NCBI RefSeq assembly: GCF_003231495.1
Contig: NZ_PQWO01000012.1
Location: 90,001 to 122,000 of the forward strand
DNA from: Acaryochloris thomasi RCC1774
GTDB lineage: Bacteria > Cyanobacteriota > Cyanobacteriia > Thermosynechococcales > Thermosynechococcaceae
Direction of reading: 5' to 3'
Length of the DNA stretch: 32,000 bases
Below the pieces are notes generated by a model. That model was not told the origin of the DNA, made no database searches, and worked only from the letters and a program-made list of their open reading frames with translations. Shown one piece after another: positions 25,307 through 32,000 of the stretch. The first letter of the stretch is position 1, and each line of letters opens with the position of its first letter. Made by a program: the position numbers and the translations under genes.

Positions 25307-26935
25307 AGCATCTAAATTTAGCTTTTTCAGCAGATTATCTTCATCGCTCGATGATGGAGAATCCGATTCAGTTGCGCTCTCCTCTGTTTCTTCCTCTGTA
25401 TTCTTTTCAGCTTCACTTTTTAAGTCAGAGGCCGATGCCGTGTCCTGCTCAGCTCCGCCGACAGCATCAGAGGTTTTGTCCGTCGCCTCCTTCGGGTCTG
25501 GTGACGGATTGGGCTGCGGAGAAGTTGCTGCGGGCGACGGTTTTGCAGCAGGCGTTTTGCTCTCTGCGGCTGCCTCAGCTTCTGTCTTTTCGACCGCTGG
25601 CTTAGCCGTTTTTTCATCTGGCTTTGAGTCTGTTTGGGCAGCAGGCTGATCGCCACCCTTCTGCTCTTTAGCCTCAGGCTTACTATCTTCTGCAGCCGTA
25701 GGTGTATCTTTCTTCTTATCTTCTACAGCCGTGGACGGATCCTCTTTGCCTGCCTCATCTTTTTTCTCAGGAGACTTAGTGGAATCTTTACTGTCCTTTT
25801 CCGCTGTTTCACTCTCAGGTTGAGCGGCATCAGACGTCTCTCCTGTTACCGCAGGAGCCGCGTCGCTAGGCTTAAAGCTATATCTAAAAATTAGCGTCTT
25901 ATCGAAATCAGAAGAGTCTGGCTGATATTTCTCAACCGCCGCCAATGCAGCCTGATTCAAGACCTCTTGATCTGTTTTTTCAACCACTCGAGTCGCCGCT
26001 TTCTCGCCCTCCTTGGTAACGTAGGTGCGAACCTCAACAACGGCCTCATCAAGCTTGCTCAGATCGGCTCCAGAAGGAGAGTCAAGCGTTTCTGGCTTAC
26101 TCTTGTTCGCAGGAATTCCGCCTGATAGTTTGACGACCTCACCCAAAAATGTTCTAACTTCGACTATCTTCTCATTGGTTCTACTCAGCTTCTGCGTCGC
26201 CGTCTTTGGGTCAAGCGGAGCGGAAGTCGAACCTTGGCTAGCAGCCTGCGTCTTGGAGTCTGCGGGAGGATTACCCAAGGGGAACCCGTCTCCTTTGTTT
26301 CCCTGAAAACCGAAGTTGGGATTTTGCCCCGCAGCAATAGGGGGAATCTTCACATCTCCAGAGCCAACAGTCCAACCTCCGGGCGGGTCATTTTTTAAGG
26401 GATTAGCACTGGCCTGCTGTTGGGCCTGCTGCTGCGCCGCCTGTAGAACCCTTTGCCTCCGTAGCGCTTGCTGCTGGGCTTGCTGCTGCGCCTGTTTCTG
26501 CGCCTGAATAGACCGCTGCTGCTGCTGTATTGCTTGTTGCTGCTGTCGGAGAGCCAGCTCACGGCGGAGGGCCTGCTGCTTTTGCGCCAACGCCTGTACA
26601 TTAGGGTTTGCGCTTGCCGCTGGCGATTGTCGAAAAGCCTGAGGCTGCTCACCCGGTCTCAGGGTAGGCAAACCCTCAAAAGAGGCTCGCCCTTTAGGCG
26701 GCAGAGCTGGGACAGGCAGCGGTGCGTTGGGGTTCTGAGGGGGTTGCTGCACAGCACTCTGCTGACTGGGCAAAAGGCTGACAACTCGCAGCTTCTCGGG
26801 TGTTTCGCTTTCTTGAGCTGAAAGCAGGGATGAGCCAGCAAAAAAGATGATGTGAGCCCCCACAGAGGCTAGCATCGCCAAGCTACTGACGTTCTGCAGC
26901 GGCGCGGGTAGTGTTCGTAACAATGAGGAGGTCAT
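25295..26935 (-). CDS. Membrane-anchored low-complexity protein with TonB-C-terminal-like domain
   Basis: N-terminal TM helix, a Pro-rich segment, and a Q/A/R-rich predicted coiled coil. A block (AVVEVRTYVTKEGEKAATRVVEKTDQEVLNQAALAAVEKYQP...LIFRYSFKP) resembles a TonB C-terminal domain. An acidic K/E/P/T/S-rich tail of about 190 aa follows. Confidence 0.6.
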   Translation of the reverse strand: MTSSLLRTLPAPLQNVSSLAMLASVGAHIIFFAGSSLLSAQESETPEKLRVVSLLPSQQSAVQQPPQNPNAPLPVPALPPKGRASFEGLPTLRPGEQPQAFRQSPAASANPNVQALAQKQQALRRELALRQQQQAIQQQQRSIQAQKQAQQQAQQQALRRQRVLQAAQQQAQQQASANPLKNDPPGGWTVGSGDVKIPPIAAGQNPNFGFQGNKGDGFPLGNPPADSKTQAASQGSTSAPLDPKTATQKLSRTNEKIVEVRTFLGEVVKLSGGIPANKSKPETLDSPSGADLSKLDEAVVEVRTYVTKEGEKAATRVVEKTDQEVLNQAALAAVEKYQPDSSDFDKTLIFRYSFKPSDAAPAVTGETSDAAQPESETAEKDSKDSTKSPEKKDEAGKEDPSTAVEDKKKDTPTAAEDSKPEAKEQKGGDQPAAQTDSKPDEKTAKPAVEKTEAEAAAESKTPAAKPSPAATSPQPNPSPDPKEATDKTSDAVGGAEQDTASASDLKSEAEKNTEEETEESATESDSPSSSDEDNLLKKLNLDALKK

Positions 26936-27096
26936 ACGCGTTATGGATGGGGGCAGGTGATCACTTAGCCGTGTGCAGATCTACCTTAGCTAGCATCCTA
27001 AGCTAAGACGAGGAATAACCCGTGAATGTTTCACTTTTAGGAACGCAGTTGCGTCTTATCTTGTGGCTATGGTAACAGCTCTAATTGGGCTAGGCG

Positions 27097-27291
27097 CTAG
27101 CTGACAGGGTAGCCTGCAGTTGCGATCGCATCCTTCACAACAGCCTCTGACTGCTCAGTGGTCACCTGCACAATCTTAGTTTTGGGGTCAGCTTCGACAG
27201 CGGCGGCAGCATCAATTTTGTGCACCGCTTGAGTGATGGTATCGACACAGGCAGAGCAGGCCATACTCGGCACTTGGAGTTGGTGGATCAT
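27097..27291 (-). CDS. atx1: Copper metallochaperone (HMA domain, Atx1/CopZ type)
   Basis: 64 aa from ATG 27291: MIHQLQVPSMACSACVDTITQAV...AIATAGYPVS, with the MxCxxC metal site. Its length and layout match the cyanobacterial Atx1 I recall. The ORF-track extension to 27411 runs through a terminator hairpin. Confidence 0.8.
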   Translation of the reverse strand: MIHQLQVPSMACSACVDTITQAVHKIDAAAAVEADPKTKIVQVTTEQSEAVVKDAIATAGYPVS

Positions 27292-27391
27292 GATAGACCT
27301 TGTGAACGGAGGACATCGAACATAACTTAACTCAGAAGCAAGCTCACGAGTCATTTGAGCCCAAAATGCATCCCGCCAGGAACTTAGACAC

Positions 27392-27421
27392 GAAAAACAA
27401 GCGCTAGCCAAAGTCAGCGCC
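27392..27421 (-). terminator. Rho-independent terminator downstream of the 285-aa gene
   Basis: On the minus strand, GGCGCT pairs with AGCGCT (6 bp including one G-U) around the 10-nt loop GACTTTGGCT. TGTTTTTC follows. It lies about 55 nt after the stop at 27477. Confidence 0.5.
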
Positions 27422-27476
27422 CGCTTCTCTTAGCAGTTACCTTCGGAGTTCAAGATCTAGGTCTTGCCCTGTGCCC

Positions 27477-28334
27477 CTAAGCCGCTTGCCACATTTCTTT
27501 GATCTTTCCAGGTAGGCAGTCAGCTACCTGCTTGGCCCTATCTTCCGGTAGCTCCTCCTTCGTGGCGGAGAAAATAGCGGTAATCACTCTCTCGCTGGTC
27601 GTGCCGCGCGGAATACCCCCCTCTTGCTTAATCCGGAACAGAAAGGTGTCGGCGTCAATCTTGAGCGGAGGACGAACGCTACTCAGCCACTGGACGAGCG
27701 GATTGCTGTCACGCCAAAGCTCAGCGATCTCCTGCGGTAGCCGAGCATTGCTCGACCGCGTGGCATCGTTGTGTAAATCAGCCTCCACTGCTTTAGCGGC
27801 CTCTGTTGTCATCAGGTCACGCAGGGTTCGATACACAACCGTTGTGATGTCCCTAGCTTCAAAGATATCCGGTAGCTCTCCCTTGAGGACAACCTTCTCT
27901 AGAAACGCTGTGTCTCTGTCAACAATGGGAGTAGCAGGTCCTTTCATCAGCTCCGCTGGCAGTTTCTGCTCCATGCGCTCTAGCATCTCCTTCCCCTTCT
28001 CGGTCAGTTCTGCCCGTTCGAACTTAATCAAATGTGGCAGAGGACCATCAGGTGCACCAAAGGTGTTGGCAACTCGGAAGTCTAATTTATCTGTCTCGAT
28101 GTTGACCGCATTGGGAACGTCCTCTTGCGTGCCGTAGGCGTTACCCGTGAAATCAGCATCAATGTACTGCTTCTGATTGAGGTAGTCGAGATGCCCCAAA
28201 AAATCGGAAATGGTTAGGTCACGCCCTGTAAAGTCAGCCGCCTGAAAATCGACGGCCTGCTTGCCGTCACCACTTGCCTTACCGATTTTCTCAAGCAAAA
28301 TGTACATTACGTCGTCTCTTAGGGCGATAGGCAT
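27477..28334 (-). CDS. Hypothetical two-part protein; C-terminal half resembles DUF2267
   Basis: 285-aa ORF with non-repetitive composition. The C-terminal ...ITTVVYRTLRDLMTTEAAKAVEADL...VITAIFSATKEELPEDRAKQVADCLPGKIKEMW recalls the tandem helical DUF2267 repeats. The family assignment is from memory only. Confidence 0.55.
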   Translation of the reverse strand: MPIALRDDVMYILLEKIGKASGDGKQAVDFQAADFTGRDLTISDFLGHLDYLNQKQYIDADFTGNAYGTQEDVPNAVNIETDKLDFRVANTFGAPDGPLPHLIKFERAELTEKGKEMLERMEQKLPAELMKGPATPIVDRDTAFLEKVVLKGELPDIFEARDITTVVYRTLRDLMTTEAAKAVEADLHNDATRSSNARLPQEIAELWRDSNPLVQWLSSVRPPLKIDADTFLFRIKQEGGIPRGTTSERVITAIFSATKEELPEDRAKQVADCLPGKIKEMWQAA

Positions 28335-28691
28335 ACCAAAGTCCTTTACTCTTAGTTCTTGCTAAACTTGCGAACCGACAGCGTACAGGCCGTAGCGGTT
28401 TACAGCTTTTGCTGCGTTTGTTGCGAAATATTAAGCTCTACAATCTCAATGTAGAAAGAATTCGCTCGTTGCGCCATCTACTGAAGGGATCAGATCGATC
28501 TCTATCTTTGGATAGAAATTGCAGTCAAAAATACATCTTTGCTGCAGTCCCGAACGAGTGGAACCGATTGAGTCTCACTCGTTTTCACCTACAATTGCGA
28601 TGGTCTTGAGTGGGCTAGCCTCCGTAAGAAAGACTTCGTCCGATCGCCTCAAGATCTGCTCTCCGTTTGCTATCCCAGTGCCGACTCTGCT

Positions 28692-30419
28692 GTGAATAAA
28701 GCCCACTATCGGCAGCTGCTGCCCTATCTCAGGCCTCACTGGCTCACCCTTGCGATCGCAACCAGTTGCACCCTAGGCTACGTGCTCACAATGCCCCTGA
28801 TTGCCTACTTACTAGGTCAAGTCGCGGAGTACATCGGCCAAAAAGATCTGGAAGCTCTACTGCTGCTGCCGGTCTTGGCAGCACTGCTGTTTGTCATGCG
28901 CGGCATCTTTGAATATGGCCAAGATGCGCTCATGGCGGGTGTGGCCTTTCAGGTCGCCATGACGCTACGGCTGCAAACCTATGCTCACCTTCAGCGCCTC
29001 AATTTCGATTATTTTGAGCGGGCGCAAACCGGGGACTTGACCTATCGGCTCACCGAAGACGTAGACCGAATTGGCGAAGTCCTCAACAAGCTGTTCCATC
29101 AGGCGCTGCCCTGTGTGCTGCAGTTGATCGCCATTTTGGCCTATATGCTCTATCTCAACTGGCCTCTCACCCTCACCACCCTATTGTTAGCACCGGTTAT
29201 GGCAGGATTAATCGGCTGGTTTGGAGAACGGTTGCTGGCCCTCTCTCGCCGCAGCCAGAATCAAGTCTCAACCTTATCGGCCTTGTTAACTGAAGTCTTT
29301 GGCGGCATTCGGCTGGTCAAAGCCTTTGCGGCAGAGGACTATGAAATTCGCCGGTTTGCGCAGGCCGCTGACCGTAATCGGCAAGCCAAGTACGCTACTG
29401 AGCGCATCAAGGCGATTCAGTACCCAGTGGTGGGCTTTTTGGAAGCAATCGCGGTGGCGCTCTTGTTCCTGCTCGGTGGCTGGCAAATCATCGATGGGAA
29501 CCTCACCGGCAGCGAGTTCATTAGCTTCATTACAGCCGTGGCGCTGATCATCGACCCCATTAACCTACTCACGGCCAACTTCAACGAATACAAGCAGGGT
29601 CAAGCCTCTGTTGATCGAGTATTCGAGCTATTGGCTGTGCAGCCCAAAGTCATCGACTCGCCCGATGCCATAATTCTCTCTGCTGTCCAGGGGAAGGTTG
29701 AATACCGCGACGTCAGCTTTGCTTATCGCCCCGGTCAGCCCATTCTCAAACGATTGAACCTGATAGCCCAGCCCGGTGAAGCGATCGCTCTAGTAGGTGC
29801 TTCTGGGGCCGGGAAAACAACGTTGGTTAACCTACTGCCCCGTTTTTATAACTTCCAGGCGGGTCAAATTTTGATTGATGGCATTGATATTCAGTCCGTG
29901 ACGCTCAGCAGCCTGCGACAGCAGATTGGGATTGTGCCTCAGGAAACGCTGCTGTTCTCTGGAACCATTGCCCGCAATATTGCCTTTGGACAAACGCATT
30001 TTGATTTGAAGGCGGTGAGAGATGCCGCCAAGGTTGCTAATGCCCATGAGTTTATTCTTCAGTTCCCTGAGGGCTACGAGACGCAGCTCGGCGAACGTGG
30101 GGTGACGCTTTCAGGGGGGCAGCGCCAGCGACTTGCGATCGCAAGAGCAGTCCTTCTCAACCCGCGCATTTTAATTTTGGACGAAGCCACTTCAGCTCTC
30201 GATTCAGAGTCAGAGGCCCTCGTTCAAGAAGCGCTGGAGCGTCTTATGCAGGGGCGCACCGTCTTTATCATTGCCCACCGCCTCACGACAGTACGGCGAG
30301 CCAGTCGCATTCTAGTCCTTGAGCAAGGGCAGGTGGTTGAATCCGGCACCCATACAGAACTCAGCAGCCAGCCGAACTCTCGCTACGCCAGTTTTTGCGC
30401 CCAGCAATATTTAACGTAG
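28692..30419 (+). CDS. ABC exporter, fused permease/ATPase (MsbA-like type I exporter)
   Basis: Six-helix N-terminal TMD. Walker A GASGAGKTT, signature LSGGQRQRLAIARA, Walker B ILILDEATSALD. GTG start. Confidence 0.9.
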   Translation: MNKAHYRQLLPYLRPHWLTLAIATSCTLGYVLTMPLIAYLLGQVAEYIGQKDLEALLLLPVLAALLFVMRGIFEYGQDALMAGVAFQVAMTLRLQTYAHLQRLNFDYFERAQTGDLTYRLTEDVDRIGEVLNKLFHQALPCVLQLIAILAYMLYLNWPLTLTTLLLAPVMAGLIGWFGERLLALSRRSQNQVSTLSALLTEVFGGIRLVKAFAAEDYEIRRFAQAADRNRQAKYATERIKAIQYPVVGFLEAIAVALLFLLGGWQIIDGNLTGSEFISFITAVALIIDPINLLTANFNEYKQGQASVDRVFELLAVQPKVIDSPDAIILSAVQGKVEYRDVSFAYRPGQPILKRLNLIAQPGEAIALVGASGAGKTTLVNLLPRFYNFQAGQILIDGIDIQSVTLSSLRQQIGIVPQETLLFSGTIARNIAFGQTHFDLKAVRDAAKVANAHEFILQFPEGYETQLGERGVTLSGGQRQRLAIARAVLLNPRILILDEATSALDSESEALVQEALERLMQGRTVFIIAHRLTTVRRASRILVLEQGQVVESGTHTELSSQPNSRYASFCAQQYLT

Positions 30420-30431
30420 AGATGGACCCCA

Positions 30432-30920
30432 CTACTCAGCAACGGAAAGGGTATAGCGATACTTCTGGCCCGGTTCACTCGTGCCAACCCACACCTGGTA
30501 AGTGCCACCCCTGAGTTTCTGGGCCGTTAAGCCAGCATCTTGTCCTCGGGCCGTGTCATCGGCACAGAAGAGCTGGTTACCCGGCCCCTTAATCAGAAGA
30601 GTGGTGTCTTTGCCGCTCTTGACCTGCAGTTTAAGACGCGCAAAGTTGCCTTTGAGGACCAAGATATGATCGGGTTCAGGAGAGCCATACCCCATGCAGC
30701 GATTATTGTTGCGATCTCGATCGCCCACAACCTTATGGAGCGCCACAGCGCCCTTGGCATAGCCAGTCAGGTTTTTCGCAGCGGGCTTGAAGCCAGGGGC
30801 AACGCTCACGCTGCCGAAATTGGACGGCTTTGCCAGTGCTGGTGCAGCCAAGAAGGTGGCGATCATCAATAATGAGGACCAGCCCCGAAGGACGGGATGC
30901 CTTGAAGAAAATATTTGCAT
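30432..30920 (-). CDS. Secreted hypothetical protein
   Basis: Signal peptide with an AxA site (LAAPALA|KP). The mature part has two Cys and a beta-rich composition (PDHILVLKGNFARLKLQV...GGTYQVWVGTSE). I recognise no family with confidence. Confidence 0.55.
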   Translation of the reverse strand: MQIFSSRHPVLRGWSSLLMIATFLAAPALAKPSNFGSVSVAPGFKPAAKNLTGYAKGAVALHKVVGDRDRNNNRCMGYGSPEPDHILVLKGNFARLKLQVKSGKDTTLLIKGPGNQLFCADDTARGQDAGLTAQKLRGGTYQVWVGTSEPGQKYRYTLSVAE

Positions 30921-31137
30921 ACCCTATTACCTCAATACTAAAGTCCCTAGACTTAATTTACCCCGGAAAAGTTGCTTCAGAACATTGGCTGTACCACTTC
31001 CCCAGCCGGAGTAACGGCTTCAAAGTGCACTAATTCTCGGATTTTTATTCTTTGGCTTTAAGATTGCTATTAAGGGAGGGAATTATTGTACTATTCATGG
31101 CTCACTTCAGTGAGATAGGCTTCTTTGCCAAGCTATT

Positions 31138-31620
31138 TTGTGGCAAGCCTACCATAGACATGTGCCAGTGACAGAGAGAGGAAGACCCCCGTTGTTAAAG
31201 CTAGCCTACTCAGATATTGGCACCCACCTAGAATACTTGTCGGGCAGAATGGGGCCGATGATTGCTCGCCGTCGGCTTTTAGCCCGCCGCACTGGCCAAG
31301 CTATTCATCTAGAGCCAAGCTATGCCGCAGTGCTCATTCCTGACTCTGTCACCGAGATGAAGACGTTAGAAGATGCGATCGCAACCCACAACGACGACAA
31401 CATCAGCCTTTGTGCATCTCTAGACGCTGGCATTGAAGTCATTCTGCAAGGGTGCTGGGTTGCCCACAACCAAAACACCACAGAAGGCCTCTTTCTCACC
31501 GTCCTACAGCCCGCCATCGAACAGCATCTTGTCAACCTGTGGCGCGTCATTGGTCCCAACGTTGTTTCTTGCACTTGGCCGACGGGACAGCCCTTATCAG
31601 AACTGGGATATGAATTCTAG
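31138..31620 (+). CDS. Hypothetical protein (start uncertain)
   Basis: Open frame with protein-like composition. The ORF-track start is TTG at 31138. TTG 31192 (after GAGAGAGGAAG) or ATG 31249 are alternatives. Confidence 0.45.
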   Translation: MWQAYHRHVPVTERGRPPLLKLAYSDIGTHLEYLSGRMGPMIARRRLLARRTGQAIHLEPSYAAVLIPDSVTEMKTLEDAIATHNDDNISLCASLDAGIEVILQGCWVAHNQNTTEGLFLTVLQPAIEQHLVNLWRVIGPNVVSCTWPTGQPLSELGYEF

Positions 31621-31671
31621 CGCCCCCTGCAAATCTAGGATAGTCCCGTGATATGGTATTGAAGCAATCTT

Positions 31672-32000
31672 GGGGGCGTGGCGGAATGGTAGACGCTACG
31701 GACTTAGGAAACTGGGCCTTAGTCGAGTAATCGATTAAGTGAATGCTCTCAAATTCAGGGAAACCTAAACCTGTGAACGCAGGCAAGGCAATCCTGAGCC
31801 AAGCTTAGAAATAGCCTACGTGGTGAACTGCAAAGGGCTATTTTTTTGAAGGTGCAGAGACTCGACGGGAGCTACCCTCACGCTCAAAGGGCTATGCCTT
31901 GTGGGCGCGGGTAAAGGGAGAGTCCAATTCTCAAAGCCCCACAGCCAGGTTGGCAAGGGCAGTTGCGAAAGCAGCGGGAGGATGAAAATCCGTTGACCTT
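31672..32000 (+). tRNA. trnL: tRNA-Leu (anticodon UAA), interrupted by a group I intron; 3' exon truncated by the window end
   Basis: The 5' exon GGGGGCGTGGCGGAATGGTAGACGCTACGGACTT runs 31672-31705. The 3' exon AAAATCCGTTGACCTT starts at 31985. Joining them restores the anticodon stem ACGGA/TCCGT and loop CTTAAAA (anticodon UAA). Confidence 0.9.
31706..31984 (+). ncRNA. Group I intron (cyanobacterial/plastid trnL-UAA type), 279 nt, no ORF
   Basis: It sits between anticodon positions U34 and A35 and ends in G before the 3' splice site. Long blocks are near-identical to the Anabaena trnL intron as I recall it: TTAAGTGAATGCTCTCAAATTCAGGGAAACCTAAA, CAAGGCAATCCTGAGCCAAGC, GAAGGTGCAGAGACTCGACGGGAGCTACCCT, AGAGTCCAATTCTCAAAGCC. 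Confidence 0.9.

Noticed and set aside
26400-26620. CTG/CAG-rich repetitive DNA as a possible microsatellite or array
   Set aside because: The repeats are imperfect, in frame, and encode the Q/A-rich coiled-coil of the 546-aa protein. There is no spacer/repeat periodicity like a CRISPR array.
25351-26821. Six plus-strand ORFs (63-117 aa) and two minus-strand off-frame ORFs in the low-complexity gene
   Set aside because: They mirror the repetitive CTG/CAG- and GA-rich coding sequence of the 546-aa gene. Their compositions (poly-L/C/A/R) are artefactual.
27292-27411. N-terminal 40-aa extension of the Atx1 ORF
   Set aside because: The extension runs through the terminator hairpin of the upstream gene. 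The 64-aa form starting at ATG 27291 matches the canonical Atx1/CopZ length with MxCxxC near the N-terminus.
27499-28137. 212-aa plus-strand ORF
   Set aside because: It is antisense to the 285-aa gene, which has a better start context, its own terminator and a globular composition. This ORF is about 20 percent Ser and featureless.
28409-28609. 66-aa ORF in the exporter leader
   Set aside because: It starts with TTG and has no SD. It is R/L/S-rich and includes hairpin and palindrome sequence. The region is more likely non-coding leader.
31101-31114. Palindrome CTCACT-TC-AGTGAG and an adjacent 24-codon ATG ORF
   Set aside because: Several 6+6 palindromes are expected by chance in 32 kb. The mini-ORF has its SD 17 nt away. 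There is no supporting context.
31547-31786. 79-aa minus-strand ORF
   Set aside because: It overlaps the tRNA-Leu 5' exon and the group I intron core, so it is an artefact of structured-RNA sequence. No homing-endonuclease ORF fits in the 279-nt intron.
1-32000. Search for CRISPR arrays, IS elements or transposases, integrases, phage genes, toxin-antitoxin pairs or defence genes
   Set aside because: No regularly spaced direct repeats were seen. No ORF shows DDE, tyrosine- or serine-recombinase, or capsid/terminase-like features. No compositional island is evident by eye.

Overview
This window reads as ordinary cyanobacterial chromosome. The HIP1 octamer GCGATCGC occurs at least 16 times by eye. 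psbZ and a tRNA-Leu(UAA) gene split by a group I intron are present, and many ORFs match cyanobacterial housekeeping families.

I support about 34 protein-coding genes:
- Signalling and RNA: a partial GGDEF cyclase, a DHH-CBS-CCA/poly(A) nucleotidyltransferase fusion, tadA, a SUI1-family factor.
- Photosynthesis and cofactor or amino-acid metabolism: psbZ, ribH, ribE, leuC, a divergent ProA-like protein, an Fe-S aldo/keto reductase, a D27-like (DUF4033) protein.
- Envelope and transport: two GT2 glycosyltransferases, a radical-SAM protein, a Ca2+/H+ antiporter, GH57, TauE, an MsbA-like ABC exporter, a TonB-C-like low-complexity protein.
- Other: a ferredoxin-MBL fusion, a DRTGG protein, an alkyltransferase-like protein, a bifunctional nuclease, Atx1, and several hypotheticals.

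There are also tRNA-Gly(GCC), a partial tRNA-Leu(UAA) with a 279-nt ORF-less group I intron, and a few intrinsic-terminator-like hairpins.

I see no CRISPR array, transposase, integrase, prophage, toxin-antitoxin pair or recognisable defence island.

Nothing here is compelling as a wholly new system. The best candidate for uncharacterised biology is the tightly packed minus-strand module radical-SAM -> polytopic GT2 synthase -> 58-aa membrane peptide (8203-10818). Next are a ProA paralogue that seems to lack the catalytic cysteine and an orphan TonB-C-like protein with long disordered segments.

All functional calls rest on motif recognition by eye. No database search or RNA folding was run.
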